In this document: positions 1 through 9,269 of the stretch, one piece after another
Layout of the letters: every line of letters begins with the position of its first letter
Position numbering within the stretch: the first letter of the stretch is position 1
Source: an uncultured archaeon
GTDB lineage: Archaea > Asgardarchaeota > Lokiarchaeia > Sigyniarchaeales > Promethearchaeaceae
Assembly: GCA_964426185.1 (NCBI GenBank)
Contig: CAYRPF010000009.1
Span: forward strand, 34,702 to 60,844
Reading direction: 5' to 3'
DNA length: 26,143 nucleotides
Notes under the pieces: generated by a model
Told to the model about the DNA's origin: nothing
The model's database searches: none
What the model saw: only the letters and a program-made list of their open reading frames with translations
Program-made: the position numbers and the translations under genes

Positions 1-106
1 AAGATATAATCTAATTTTGAAGATTTTCTCACTTAAATTCCATTATTAGCGGTTCATTAAAAATTCACATTCTTTAGGAATTAAGCAATTTTAAGTTAAA
101 AGAATG

Positions 107-118
107 TTTATATTTAAA
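107..118 (+). promoter_or_regulatory. Putative archaeal TATA box upstream of aminopeptidase gene
   Basis: TTTATATTTAAA preceded by purine-rich AAAAGAATG (BRE-like), about 50 nt before the ATG at 166. Confidence 0.35.
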
Positions 119-165
119 CCGAATTTAAACCAATTAATTCTTTTTCTATATAAGTGAGAAACACC

Positions 166-2661
166 ATGACTCAGATTATACCAACTTATTATATGGTTCA
201 TTTAGAACCTGATTTGGAACAATTTTCGTTTAAAGGATTAACTCTAATTGAGTGTTCAATAGAAAATTCTCTTTCGGAAATCCGATTAAATACAAAAGAG
301 TTGAAGATCCACAGCCTAAAAGTAATAAATTCCTCAAATTCTGAAGAAATTTCATCAAAATTTGAGCTGAAACCAGAAACGGAAGAATTAGTGATTAACA
401 CTGAAAATCCCATTTCTGGAACAGTTATTTTGGAAATTGAATTTGAAGGAACATTGAACGACATGCTTTATGGATTTTATCGAAGTCGTTTGACCTATGA
501 CGGAAAAGTTACATATATGGCAACCACTCAATTTGAAGAGCGAGATGCCCGAGCTGCTTTTCCTTGCTTCGACGAACCTGCATTGAAAGCCAAGTTCGAT
601 TTGGAGTTTCTCATTCCTGAAAATCTGGAAGCAGTTGCAAATACGGACATTTCTGAAGTTCAACCCGCTGCGAATGGAAAGAAACTGGTGAAATTTGAAC
701 AAACACCTGTCATGAGTACCTATTTATTATATTTCGGAGTAGGTGAATTTGAATTCTTAGAAGATAACTCTAAAGCACCTAAATTACGTATTGTTGCACC
801 GCCGGGAAAGGCTCAATATGGAAAATTTGCCTTAGATATCGCTCGAAAATCTTTTGATTATGGAGAAAAATTTTTCCAAGCCCCTTATCCTATTTCAAAA
901 TGCGATTTTATTGTTGTGGAAGATTTTGCGGCGGGAGCCATGGAAAATTATGGTGCAATCACCTTCCGAGAAAATTTGCTATTGGTCATTCCAGGGAAGA
1001 CTTCAACACCTCAAATGGAGTCGATTGCTTCCGTTGTGGCCCACGAAATTACCCATATGTGGTTCGGAGATTTAGTTTCACCTGCCCGTTGGAAATATGT
1101 TTGGCTAAATGAATCTTTCGCAACTTATTTCACCTCAGCAATTCCAGATTATTATTTCCCTGAATGGCGTTCTTGGGAATCATTAATTGGCGGACGTGGA
1201 TTAGGTGGGTTTACCCGTGATTCTTTGAAATCGACTGTGCCAATCGAACTTCCTGGTGATCAAGAGATTAATATTGATGCATCTAGTGCCCCAATAATTT
1301 ATGCTAAAGGTGCTCTCATCATGCGGATTTTAGAAGGATACATCGGGGAAGAAAAATTTTTCCAAGGTATTCGCCACTATCTTAACAAATTTGCATTTAA
1401 AGCCGCCACCAGCGATGACTGTTGGATTGCTTTTGAAGAGGCCATTAATGAACCAATTATAGAATTTGCCAATTCTTGGGTAAAGCAAAAAGGATACCCT
1501 TATATCACCGTTTCACAAGCTGGAAGCAAGGTACACTTAGAACAGCAGCGATTTACCTTACTTCCCTTAGAAGATGATGCAGTTTGGTTTATTCCCTTAA
1601 AAATTAGGGTATACACATCAGACGGGGCTGAAGAAATTTTAGATTTTGTTATGAAAACTCGTACTTTTGAATTTGATTTGCCTGAAAACACAATTTCCTT
1701 CAAACTAAATGCTGATCAAACCGGTTTTTATCGTGTTAAATATTCGGTTGATCATTTTCGCAAATTGGGCGAATTTGTCAAGAAGGGACAATTGAATGTT
1801 TATGATCGCTTTGGATTGCAGAATGATTATTTTTCATTTATGCAGCAGGGTGATTATGAAATAGATGATTATCTCTCTTTTCTACATAATTACTTTGGGA
1901 ACGAAAGCAGCCCATTGTGTCTTTCAAATATTGTTGCTAATCTTACTCGACTCGAATTACTTGTTCCGAGATTCCGAGAAAAAATTAAGGAAACAGGTCA
2001 AGTGATCGCAGAAAATGCTTTAGAAAAAATTGGATACGAACCACAGAGTGACGAAATTGGTATGTTAGCTGAAGTTCGCAATGATTTACTGTGGATGGGT
2101 GGTCATTTCGGTTCTTTAAAGATACGAAAATTTGCAGCGAAGCATTTCCAAGAATTATTGGCAGGGAATTCTATTTCTCCAAATATATTTCGAAGTGTGG
2201 TGCGACTAGGGGCAGAACAATTTCCAGATGCATGGGATTTTATGGTTGCTCAAGTGACCGATCCAAACGTGCCTGAAGCGGTTAAACAATATTGGCTGGG
2301 GGCTTTTGCATGCTTTACCGATCGTGATATGCTAGAAAAGGCCTTAGAGCTGAATTTAACTAAGATACCCAAACTCAATAGAGCCCAAATTCTTATCCTA
2401 GTATCTCGCAATCCTGTGGCAACTTCTTGGATTTGGGGGTATTACCACTCTAATTTCCAAGTATTGATGAAAGAATTGCCTAAATCGGCTTTGGGTAATA
2501 CGCTTGCAACTATCCCTCCTATCGGTGCTCTTACTGCAAAACCTGAGGTATTAGAATTTCTGGAACAAATTGGAAAGAAAGTTCCTCCTGCTAAAGGAAT
2601 TGTTGAAATGTCGGCTGAAATTGCCGAGCTTTATGCAAAAATCTATGAAAAATATAAATAA
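166..2661 (+). CDS. M1 family zinc aminopeptidase (puromycin-sensitive / tricorn-interacting factor F2/F3-like) with C-terminal ERAP1-like helical domain
   Basis: TQFEERDARAAFPCFDEP, GAMEN motif (AGAMENYG), HEITH-x18-E zinc motif (HEITHMWFGDLVSPARWKYVWLNE), IIYAKG catalytic Tyr. ATG at 166 preferred over GTG at 154. Confidence 0.95.
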   Translation: MTQIIPTYYMVHLEPDLEQFSFKGLTLIECSIENSLSEIRLNTKELKIHSLKVINSSNSEEISSKFELKPETEELVINTENPISGTVILEIEFEGTLNDMLYGFYRSRLTYDGKVTYMATTQFEERDARAAFPCFDEPALKAKFDLEFLIPENLEAVANTDISEVQPAANGKKLVKFEQTPVMSTYLLYFGVGEFEFLEDNSKAPKLRIVAPPGKAQYGKFALDIARKSFDYGEKFFQAPYPISKCDFIVVEDFAAGAMENYGAITFRENLLLVIPGKTSTPQMESIASVVAHEITHMWFGDLVSPARWKYVWLNESFATYFTSAIPDYYFPEWRSWESLIGGRGLGGFTRDSLKSTVPIELPGDQEINIDASSAPIIYAKGALIMRILEGYIGEEKFFQGIRHYLNKFAFKAATSDDCWIAFEEAINEPIIEFANSWVKQKGYPYITVSQAGSKVHLEQQRFTLLPLEDDAVWFIPLKIRVYTSDGAEEILDFVMKTRTFEFDLPENTISFKLNADQTGFYRVKYSVDHFRKLGEFVKKGQLNVYDRFGLQNDYFSFMQQGDYEIDDYLSFLHNYFGNESSPLCLSNIVANLTRLELLVPRFREKIKETGQVIAENALEKIGYEPQSDEIGMLAEVRNDLLWMGGHFGSLKIRKFAAKHFQELLAGNSISPNIFRSVVRLGAEQFPDAWDFMVAQVTDPNVPEAVKQYWLGAFACFTDRDMLEKALELNLTKIPKLNRAQILILVSRNPVATSWIWGYYHSNFQVLMKELPKSALGNTLATIPPIGALTAKPEVLEFLEQIGKKVPPAKGIVEMSAEIAELYAKIYEKYK

Positions 2662-2692
2662 TGCTTTTTTTATTCTTATTTTACATTTTTTA
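2662..2692 (+). terminator. U-rich archaeal-type terminator
   Basis: T-tracts (TTTTTTT...TTTT...TTTTTT) immediately after the stop codon. Confidence 0.4.
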
Positions 2693-2990
2693 TCTATTCA
2701 TATCTGATGTTTCGATTTTTTAACATCTAAATCCTTCCTTCAAGGTCAAGCCCTATCTACAGTTAACTACAGCATGACCGAGCACTAACGGATAAATAAT
2801 TGCTCAATTATATGTTAATTATATGCAAATATTCAACTGAATCTGCTTGTTGAGTGTGAAATTTGGATTTTAAGGATAAATTGAATAATAGAAATTCTGT
2901 AGGAAAAAAATCTTGCTGGAAACTTGAGAAAATTGGAAAGCGAAGTTAGATTGAAGATATAAAAGAAATGTTTAAAGGGGTAATTAATAA

Positions 2991-3063
2991 TGGGCGTATC
3001 CTGGTTTGAACAGGAGATCTCCGCAGTGTAAGTGCGGCGTAATAACCACTATACAATACGCCC
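2991..3063 (-). tRNA. tRNA-Val(TAC), intronless, CCA not encoded
   Basis: Reverse complement folds as a cloverleaf: acceptor GGGCGTA/TACGCCC + discriminator A; D-arm GTA-TAGTGGTTAT-TAC; anticodon stem CCGCA/TGCGG with loop CT-TAC-AC; variable AGATC; T-arm TCCTG-TTCAAAC-CAGGA. Confidence 0.96.
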
Positions 3064-3164
3064 TGAATTAAGGAATTGCTACGACAATTAAAAATAGGTT
3101 GAAATCGATTAAATTTTTTTCGTTTTTCCTTTCAAATATCCTTATAGATGTAATTGTGGTGCAT

Positions 3165-5270
3165 TTATTTGAAAAAGTTATCAATTTCGGTAGCAAGTGC
3201 ACCAGAAGACGGCGGTATAAATGTGATTATTTTATATATCCAAGGGAGTAGATATTGCTGATAATCAAGAATTGTTCCATCATAAAAAATTATGACTGCT
3301 TTTTGGTGTTGATTATTAGGTGCAGAAGCGCTCAGAGCATGAATTTTATAGAAATTATTGTTCCGAGAATAGATTTGGGCAATAACCGGGTCGTACTTAC
3401 GAGCAAGGTATTTATTTCGCTTCAAAACGCGGTACGTTGCTTTTTCTGCAGGGAATGAAATAAAAGAAAAGATATCGAAATATGGTAGAAGAGGTTGAAT
3501 CAATTCCAAGGGGATTTTATTTATGTCAAGAAGTAAAAATAGTGGAGTTTTTTCATTTTGTTTCTCATGTAATTGCGATAACCATGATTGTGTGATTGTA
3601 TCTGAAGAGTTTGCGAGGCTCTTGACTATATATCCTATCTGTTCTAAGCGATTTTTGATTTCTGCGGCTAAAACACCTTGAAAAAGAGATGTATTGCCGA
3701 AAAACACCACGGTAGCTCGCTTAAAGATTCGAGCGTGTTGAACTAATTTTGACGCATATTTTGCTGCAATGACGGGAGAATTAAAATTTGCATGGGGATT
3801 GATGGAAAGATCACCCCAAACCTTAGCATGATTGGAAATATCTACCGGAGCTAGATGCCGTATGATAAAACCTCGTGCTAAACTTCCCAATCCGGTGATT
3901 GCCAGATAAGATCTTATATCTATACATGAAGAAACTGAAAAAGTTGCTGCTGCATTTTCAAAGATAGGGTCGGTGAAGTGCCTAATATCCAGTAAAGTCA
4001 TAAACAATGTAGTTATTTCTCCAGTGAACTCACTTGTAAAAGTATAGGGAAGAGAATGGTTAGTGTGTTGATATATCACGGCTGTGAAGTAGTTGTACAG
4101 CTTTATAATGGTGTTGTTAAAATTTTGCTGTTCAGAAGCAGAATCAAGAAATAATTTGTCAAAATTTTGCTGTATTACTTTCGTAAGCCGGTCAAATGAG
4201 CATTTATGGGCTTGACAAAGGTTGTGTAAGAATTCGAGCGGACTGAATGGATATTCCTTCTTGTTATGATTTCCATCCTGAATTTGTGAATTTTGCTCTG
4301 TTTGGTGAATTTTCTTGCTTTTATTATCATTCTGAGTATACTGGGAGTAATTTCGATAATTTTCGATGTATTTCAGAAATCGCTTAAAAAATTTGCTGAA
4401 AAATCGATAATGACTGTTGTTTTGGTTAGATTTGAATAATTTCATGAGATATTCTTGAATTTCGGCGATTTCTTTTACCGATATCTCTATAGAGTATTTA
4501 TTTAGGAGAAACTGCGGTAAGTAATGGCAATCTTCGAAAATCAGTAGACTTTGATCGATGGAAACAAATTCATGGAAGAATCCAGGTTTGTATGGGTGAA
4601 ATGTGAAGACATCTGAGTAGGAAACGAAAATTACATGAAAATGCGGAATTAATTCAGAGAGAAAAGATTTAAGCGGCCAATGTGTTCCATTGTTTTGATA
4701 GAAATCCTTTATTATTGGTAAAGATGTATATTGAAAATAGGATGAATTATTTTCTAAATTCCATAATTCTTCTAAACCACCTTGGAGTTTGAAGAAAGAA
4801 TTAATATTATGTCCATCACTGGAAGAATCCGCTTGACATAAAGGAGGTACTGAAGAAGCTGAAGGAGATGATGAGGTTGAAGATGATAAAATGGATGCGT
4901 AATTTAACTGGTTGGTTGAGAAAAGTTGGTTAATTCCCCGAAAATCGCCAATTTGGAGTCGAGGGAATGAATGATCATATATGTGGGTGAAAATTTCAAG
5001 AATTTCGGATTTTTGAATGGAACTGTGCAAAACACAAACTAATTGTTGATGATTTTGAATAGCTACTGGAAGAGCTGCCTGAAGACTTAAACCTAAACTA
5101 GATCTAGGGGTAGAAGCATAAAAGATGATGTTCTTTCGACTATGAAGATCCATCTGCAGTGATTGAATTAAATTTTCTTCTTCTAGCTTTACATCAATTC
5201 CAGATTTTAATTCAAGGAGTTCTCTAGAAATTATTGGATGGGAAATAAGTTCACTTACTCGATCAGCCAT
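3165..5270 (-). CDS. XPD/Rad3/DinG-like SF2 helicase homolog, catalytically degenerate
   Basis: Motif order and spacing match XPD but the motifs are eroded: IIFYASTPRSS (Walker A position), LLIFEDCHYL (DEAH position), FSVSSCI (motif III), TVVFFGN (motif IV), KAVIIFYD and LLPWI (C-terminal XPD-like segments). Confidence 0.6.
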   Translation of the reverse strand: MADRVSELISHPIISRELLELKSGIDVKLEEENLIQSLQMDLHSRKNIIFYASTPRSSLGLSLQAALPVAIQNHQQLVCVLHSSIQKSEILEIFTHIYDHSFPRLQIGDFRGINQLFSTNQLNYASILSSSTSSSPSASSVPPLCQADSSSDGHNINSFFKLQGGLEELWNLENNSSYFQYTSLPIIKDFYQNNGTHWPLKSFLSELIPHFHVIFVSYSDVFTFHPYKPGFFHEFVSIDQSLLIFEDCHYLPQFLLNKYSIEISVKEIAEIQEYLMKLFKSNQNNSHYRFFSKFFKRFLKYIENYRNYSQYTQNDNKSKKIHQTEQNSQIQDGNHNKKEYPFSPLEFLHNLCQAHKCSFDRLTKVIQQNFDKLFLDSASEQQNFNNTIIKLYNYFTAVIYQHTNHSLPYTFTSEFTGEITTLFMTLLDIRHFTDPIFENAAATFSVSSCIDIRSYLAITGLGSLARGFIIRHLAPVDISNHAKVWGDLSINPHANFNSPVIAAKYASKLVQHARIFKRATVVFFGNTSLFQGVLAAEIKNRLEQIGYIVKSLANSSDTITQSWLSQLHEKQNEKTPLFLLLDINKIPLELIQPLLPYFDIFSFISFPAEKATYRVLKRNKYLARKYDPVIAQIYSRNNNFYKIHALSASAPNNQHQKAVIIFYDGTILDYQQYLLPWIYKIITFIPPSSGALATEIDNFFK

Positions 5271-5452
5271 TATTACTTGGTTAACAAGCCCTTAGATAGT
5301 TAAACAACCCCACCCCATTCGTTTATTGGATTTTTTATTGTAAATATAACGAATATGTTGGAAGAATTTATAGTTATAATAATATCTACAAAAAATTTCA
5401 TAGAATTTTCAAAAACTTTAAAATTTGCAGCAGAAATGAAAATAAAAAAGAA

Positions 5453-6268
5453 TTACCAATACTTTGCCACTCGTTCGGGATTAAAAACTGTCATTCGACA
5501 ATTAGGTAAGAATTTTCCGATATGCGCAATCAATCCTGCAGCCGTTGTGCCCGATTTACATCGGACTGCCGCTTCCATCGGACCCAATCTATCGATTTGC
5601 ATTATATCGATGGTATGGCCACGTTTGGCTAATGTTTTTTTGATCATTTGACGGGAAACACCCGTTGTAAAGATTGTGTCCCAACCTTCTTCTACCATCT
5701 GTCTGATTTTAACCAAGAAATTTTCAGAAAATTGGCCTTCTACTTTGGGTTTCCCTTTTTTTTCATAAGTTAATTTTGTGACTTCGAGCTCCACTGGTAG
5801 ATGGTTCATTAAACCGTATAGATGAATAATCTCTTTAGTTGAGAGTTTGTCATTACCCACCAATTGCTGTCGTAATCGAAAAAGGGGAATTAATACTTCT
5901 TTACTCGGACCTTCAATACCGATATCTACAAAAACCCCAAATCCGACCGAACCTATCGAAGTTAATTGCCCGATTAAGGGAGTATTTTTTGGAATATTAT
6001 TCGCATCAATGACCCGGCCGGTGAGTTCTTGTAAAATGCGAGAAACAAATTGGCATTCATCTTTATTAGGACCAATTAAAGTGATTTTTATCCTATTATC
6101 TAATCGAAATTCTAAATCGTCAATTTTCACGTCTAAATCGTGAGGGATCCGTTCTTCTAAAACTCGCTGAAAAGTACGCAAGAAATTAGTCCTTTCCTGG
6201 GCGGTTTTTGCCTTATTAATAGCATAAAATTGATACGCCGTAACATATGCGAGCGATGTGTGGTGCAT
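5453..6268 (-). CDS. Conserved archaeal uncharacterised protein, DUF2110-like (central S1/OB-like region)
   Basis: 271 aa; GQLTSIGSVGFGVFVDIG and the C-terminal region resemble the archaeal DUF2110 family (recognised from memory, not searched). Confidence 0.6.
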   Translation of the reverse strand: MHHTSLAYVTAYQFYAINKAKTAQERTNFLRTFQRVLEERIPHDLDVKIDDLEFRLDNRIKITLIGPNKDECQFVSRILQELTGRVIDANNIPKNTPLIGQLTSIGSVGFGVFVDIGIEGPSKEVLIPLFRLRQQLVGNDKLSTKEIIHLYGLMNHLPVELEVTKLTYEKKGKPKVEGQFSENFLVKIRQMVEEGWDTIFTTGVSRQMIKKTLAKRGHTIDIMQIDRLGPMEAAVRCKSGTTAAGLIAHIGKFLPNCRMTVFNPERVAKYW

Positions 6269-6410
6269 TTGATTTAACTTCCTTTGAAATTAGTAATTAA
6301 AATTACATTTAACTCTATAACTTCTCCAAATTCCATCGAATTTAGGAAAAAATATATAGGTTAAAAGAAAAAATGTACGATATAACTTATTTTTTTTGTT
6401 TTTCTTGAAA

Positions 6411-6417
6411 AAGGAGG
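6411..6417 (+). promoter_or_regulatory. Shine-Dalgarno sequence of the profilin-like gene
   Basis: AAGGAGG 6 nt upstream of ATG 6424. Confidence 0.7.
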
Positions 6418-6423
6418 AAGATT

Positions 6424-6804
6424 ATGGATATTGAACAACTCATCCCAGAATTTAATGCTTTTCAACAAGAATTTCCCGATTTCGATCTTTTTATCATTTT
6501 GGCCTCTGATGGAGAGGTTTTATACAGCAGCAATCCGGAAAAAGTTAATCCCGAAGAAACTCGTTCCTTAATGCACGCGTGGCTTAAGCGTGAATCTGCT
6601 TGTATGTTTGGCCAAAAGAGATACCCAATATTAAGTTGGGAACCCTTACAATTTGCGGCGCGTAATGTGAAAGGGAAAGATGCATTAGTAGGGACAATTA
6701 CCCAATCCAGCTATTACTTACTTGCTCATTTGAAGGCGGGTGCAGAATTGGCGCCAGCTATCGGTGCCATCCAGTTAAATCGAAAATTTTGGAAGCTTAT
6801 TTAA
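6424..6804 (+). CDS. Profilin-like protein (Asgard type)
   Basis: 126 aa; N-helix, IILASDGEVLYSS hairpin, helix ending in AW, MFGQKRYPIL, FAARNVKGKDALVG, strand, C-helix. Pattern resembles Asgard profilins. Confidence 0.65.
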   Translation: MDIEQLIPEFNAFQQEFPDFDLFIILASDGEVLYSSNPEKVNPEETRSLMHAWLKRESACMFGQKRYPILSWEPLQFAARNVKGKDALVGTITQSSYYLLAHLKAGAELAPAIGAIQLNRKFWKLI

Positions 6805-6878
6805 TTCATTTTTTTGGTGTCTAGCAGTGTTGTGCTTCATTTAAACAACTTTTTATCTTACACAATCTTACAGTACCC

Positions 6879-7382
6879 ATGAAACCTGAAAAAATTCTTT
6901 TTCTCCATGGTTATGAAAGTTCAGGGAAAGGATTTAAAGCTGAATTTCTCCGACAAATATTTTCGAAGATTCAAACTCCCACGTTAACAGGCGATTTATC
7001 CGCCCGCATGGAACAAATTCTTCCACTTTTTTTAGAACATGAGAGGTGGGTTATCATTGGTTCAAGTTATGGGGGGCTGATGGCAACACTTTTAGCTCAA
7101 AAGTATCCATCTCGAATTTCAAGGCTTGTTCTCCTTGCTCCAGCCTTAATTCCACCTTTATTTACTCCCGATCCATCTCTTTCTCCTATCGATATTCCCA
7201 CAGATATATTTCATGGATTAAATGATGATGTAGTTCCGCTCGAAACGGTAAAACCAATCGTAAAAAAGATATTTTCCAATTTAGAATATCATATCGTGGA
7301 TGATGATCATCGTCTTCATTCTACAACACGCCAGATCCCGTGGGAAAATTTACTCGTAAATAATACAATCAATCAAGGGTAG
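6879..7382 (+). CDS. YqiA/YcfP-like alpha/beta hydrolase (esterase)
   Basis: LFLHGYESS oxyanion region, GSSYGG nucleophile elbow, HGLNDDVVP Asp, DDHRL His. Confidence 0.85.
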   Translation: MKPEKILFLHGYESSGKGFKAEFLRQIFSKIQTPTLTGDLSARMEQILPLFLEHERWVIIGSSYGGLMATLLAQKYPSRISRLVLLAPALIPPLFTPDPSLSPIDIPTDIFHGLNDDVVPLETVKPIVKKIFSNLEYHIVDDDHRLHSTTRQIPWENLLVNNTINQG

Positions 7383-7405
7383 TAATTTGGAAAAACGGGC
7401 GAAAT

Positions 7406-8242
7406 TCACAAATACCATTGTGGTTCCATTCGAATTCTTAACGCATCTTCAAATCTTTTTCTTGAATTTGAAGGTAGGTTGAGAGTGATTTGACGAGCTT
7501 GAGATTTGCATGTCCTAAAACAAGCAAAGCAACGGATACAAGATTTATCGTCTACCATGAGCGAATTAAAATCAATAGCATTCACTGGACAAGCTGCATA
7601 ACATTCCCTACATGAAATACATTTTTCTTCATCTCGCACAGGTGCCTGAACCATTGTTTGTACCCGATATTGAGGATGAGGGAGGCTGTAATTAATATTT
7701 GGATTTTTCATATTAATTTCAAAAGGTTTTAGAGTATTTTCGGAAGGATCAGATGGTATTTTTCTAATTTTCTGGCTTAATTCTTGGCAAAATTGTCTTA
7801 ACTTTTGAAAATCTTCATTATCTGGACGGTTTATGGCTAAAGGAAATTGTTGGTAGGAAAAAGAATGTCTCCCGGTGAAAGTAGCTGCAGCAATGACCTT
7901 AAAACCTTGTCTTTTTAATATCCAAACTAATTCTTCCAAAGCTTTTCCTAAATTTACATTTCCATTTACTACAAGTGCCACGCAAAGTTGGTTTTCCCCC
8001 TTAATTGAATTTAATTTCTGGAGAAATTGATCGGGAATTCTACCTGAATAAATAGGGGCCCCTACAAGAATTAAATCACCATTCACTTTTTGAATGCTAT
8101 TTTTTCGGGATTCGTGAAGAGTAAGATCTATGATGGAAGAAATCTCTGACCCGAGATAATAAGCAATACGAAGACAATATTTTTTAGTATTTTTCGTGGG
8201 TGAGAAAAAGAGTGGTTGAATTGATTTCAGCTGCATATACAT
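7406..8242 (-). CDS. EFR1-type flavodoxin plus 2x[4Fe-4S] ferredoxin fusion
   Basis: N-terminal FFSPTKNT flavodoxin loop, GAPIYSGRIP, RPD motif; C-terminal CISCRECYAACP and CIRCFACFRTC. Confidence 0.85.
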   Translation of the reverse strand: MYMQLKSIQPLFFSPTKNTKKYCLRIAYYLGSEISSIIDLTLHESRKNSIQKVNGDLILVGAPIYSGRIPDQFLQKLNSIKGENQLCVALVVNGNVNLGKALEELVWILKRQGFKVIAAATFTGRHSFSYQQFPLAINRPDNEDFQKLRQFCQELSQKIRKIPSDPSENTLKPFEINMKNPNINYSLPHPQYRVQTMVQAPVRDEEKCISCRECYAACPVNAIDFNSLMVDDKSCIRCFACFRTCKSQARQITLNLPSNSRKRFEDALRIRMEPQWYL

Positions 8243-8337
8243 TTCTTTTTATTACCCCAAAAAATTTAAACTTCTGTCAATTTATTTTGATATAGAATGT
8301 TACCCCAAATGTTATAGAATAGTAAAAGTGAATTATT

Positions 8338-9060
8338 ATGTTTTCAACACCAGGACTTGGATATGACCGTGCGATCACCATATTTTCTCCCGATGGCCGC
8401 CTTTTTCAGGTAGAATATGCCATTGAAGCGGTAAGAAGAGGAACTACGGCCGTGGCGGTTAAAAATAAAACTGGAGTTGTTTTTGCAGTGGAAAGACGCA
8501 ATTTACCACTTCAAGAACATCTCGGAAGCGAAAAGCTATTTAAAATCGACGATCACGTAGGTGTTGCTATTTCGGGACTTACTGCTGATGCACGTACTCT
8601 TATTGATCAGGCTCGAGTTCACGCTCAAGTTAATATTTTAAGTTATGATGAAGAAGTTTCAGTGGTCGAAACAACCCGAGATCTCTGTGATCAATGTCAA
8701 TTATACACTCAAAATGCTGGTGTACGCCCCTTTGGTGTTTCTTTATTGATTGGGGGGGTAGATGAAGATGGGACAGTGAATTTATATCTTACCGATCCAT
8801 CTGGTGCCTTTTGGGGCTATAAGGCTTGTGCAATTGGAAGTGGTTCTACTCAAGCGCGAGAATATCTCGGTAATGAATATTCAGAAAGCATGTCATTTGA
8901 GGAATTACAACTTCTAACCATCCGAACCTTAAAAGAGGTAATTGAAGGAGATTTAGATTCAAATCGATTTGAAATTGCCGTAATTGATGCCAAGGATCGA
9001 AAATGGAAGCTTCTTTCCATCAAAGAAAATCAAACCCTTTTAGAAAAAATTACAGATTAG
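8338..9060 (+). CDS. psmA: Proteasome alpha subunit
   Basis: GYDRAITIFSPDGRLFQVEYA signature, RPFGVSLL, TDPSG. Confidence 0.98.
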   Translation: MFSTPGLGYDRAITIFSPDGRLFQVEYAIEAVRRGTTAVAVKNKTGVVFAVERRNLPLQEHLGSEKLFKIDDHVGVAISGLTADARTLIDQARVHAQVNILSYDEEVSVVETTRDLCDQCQLYTQNAGVRPFGVSLLIGGVDEDGTVNLYLTDPSGAFWGYKACAIGSGSTQAREYLGNEYSESMSFEELQLLTIRTLKEVIEGDLDSNRFEIAVIDAKDRKWKLLSIKENQTLLEKITD

Positions 9061-9076
9061 AAAAAATTACAGATTA
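9040..9076 (+). repeat. 17-bp tandem duplication spanning the psmA stop codon
   Basis: TTAGAAAAAATTACAGA at 9040-9056 and 9057-9073, followed by TTA. Confidence 0.85.
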
Positions 9077-9269
9077 AATCTTTTTTTCGAATTTTTCTTC
9101 TATTATTGAAATTCTTAAATAACATTCTTGCTTTATTTAAATAGAAACGGTAAGAACAGATATTGCCCCGATCGAGCAGCTTATAAGATAAAGTCTGTTA
9201 TGATTTTACAAAAATCGGTCAAATTTGGGCGATATTTCAATCTATAGGGAATAATTGGAGAAAAGTAGG

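Noticed and set aside
2796-2825. Palindrome ATAATTG-CT-CAATTAT and repeated AATTATATG between the aminopeptidase and tRNA
   Set aside because: Short AT-rich words expected by chance, and they lie between convergent genes
2662-3063. Possible integrated element at the tRNA-Val 3' end
   Set aside because: No integrase and no duplicated tRNA 3' fragment noticed in the window
6879-7382. Alpha/beta hydrolase as the thioesterase for the megasynthase
   Set aside because: It lies more than 11 kb away, beyond the housekeeping superoperon; no evidence of linkage
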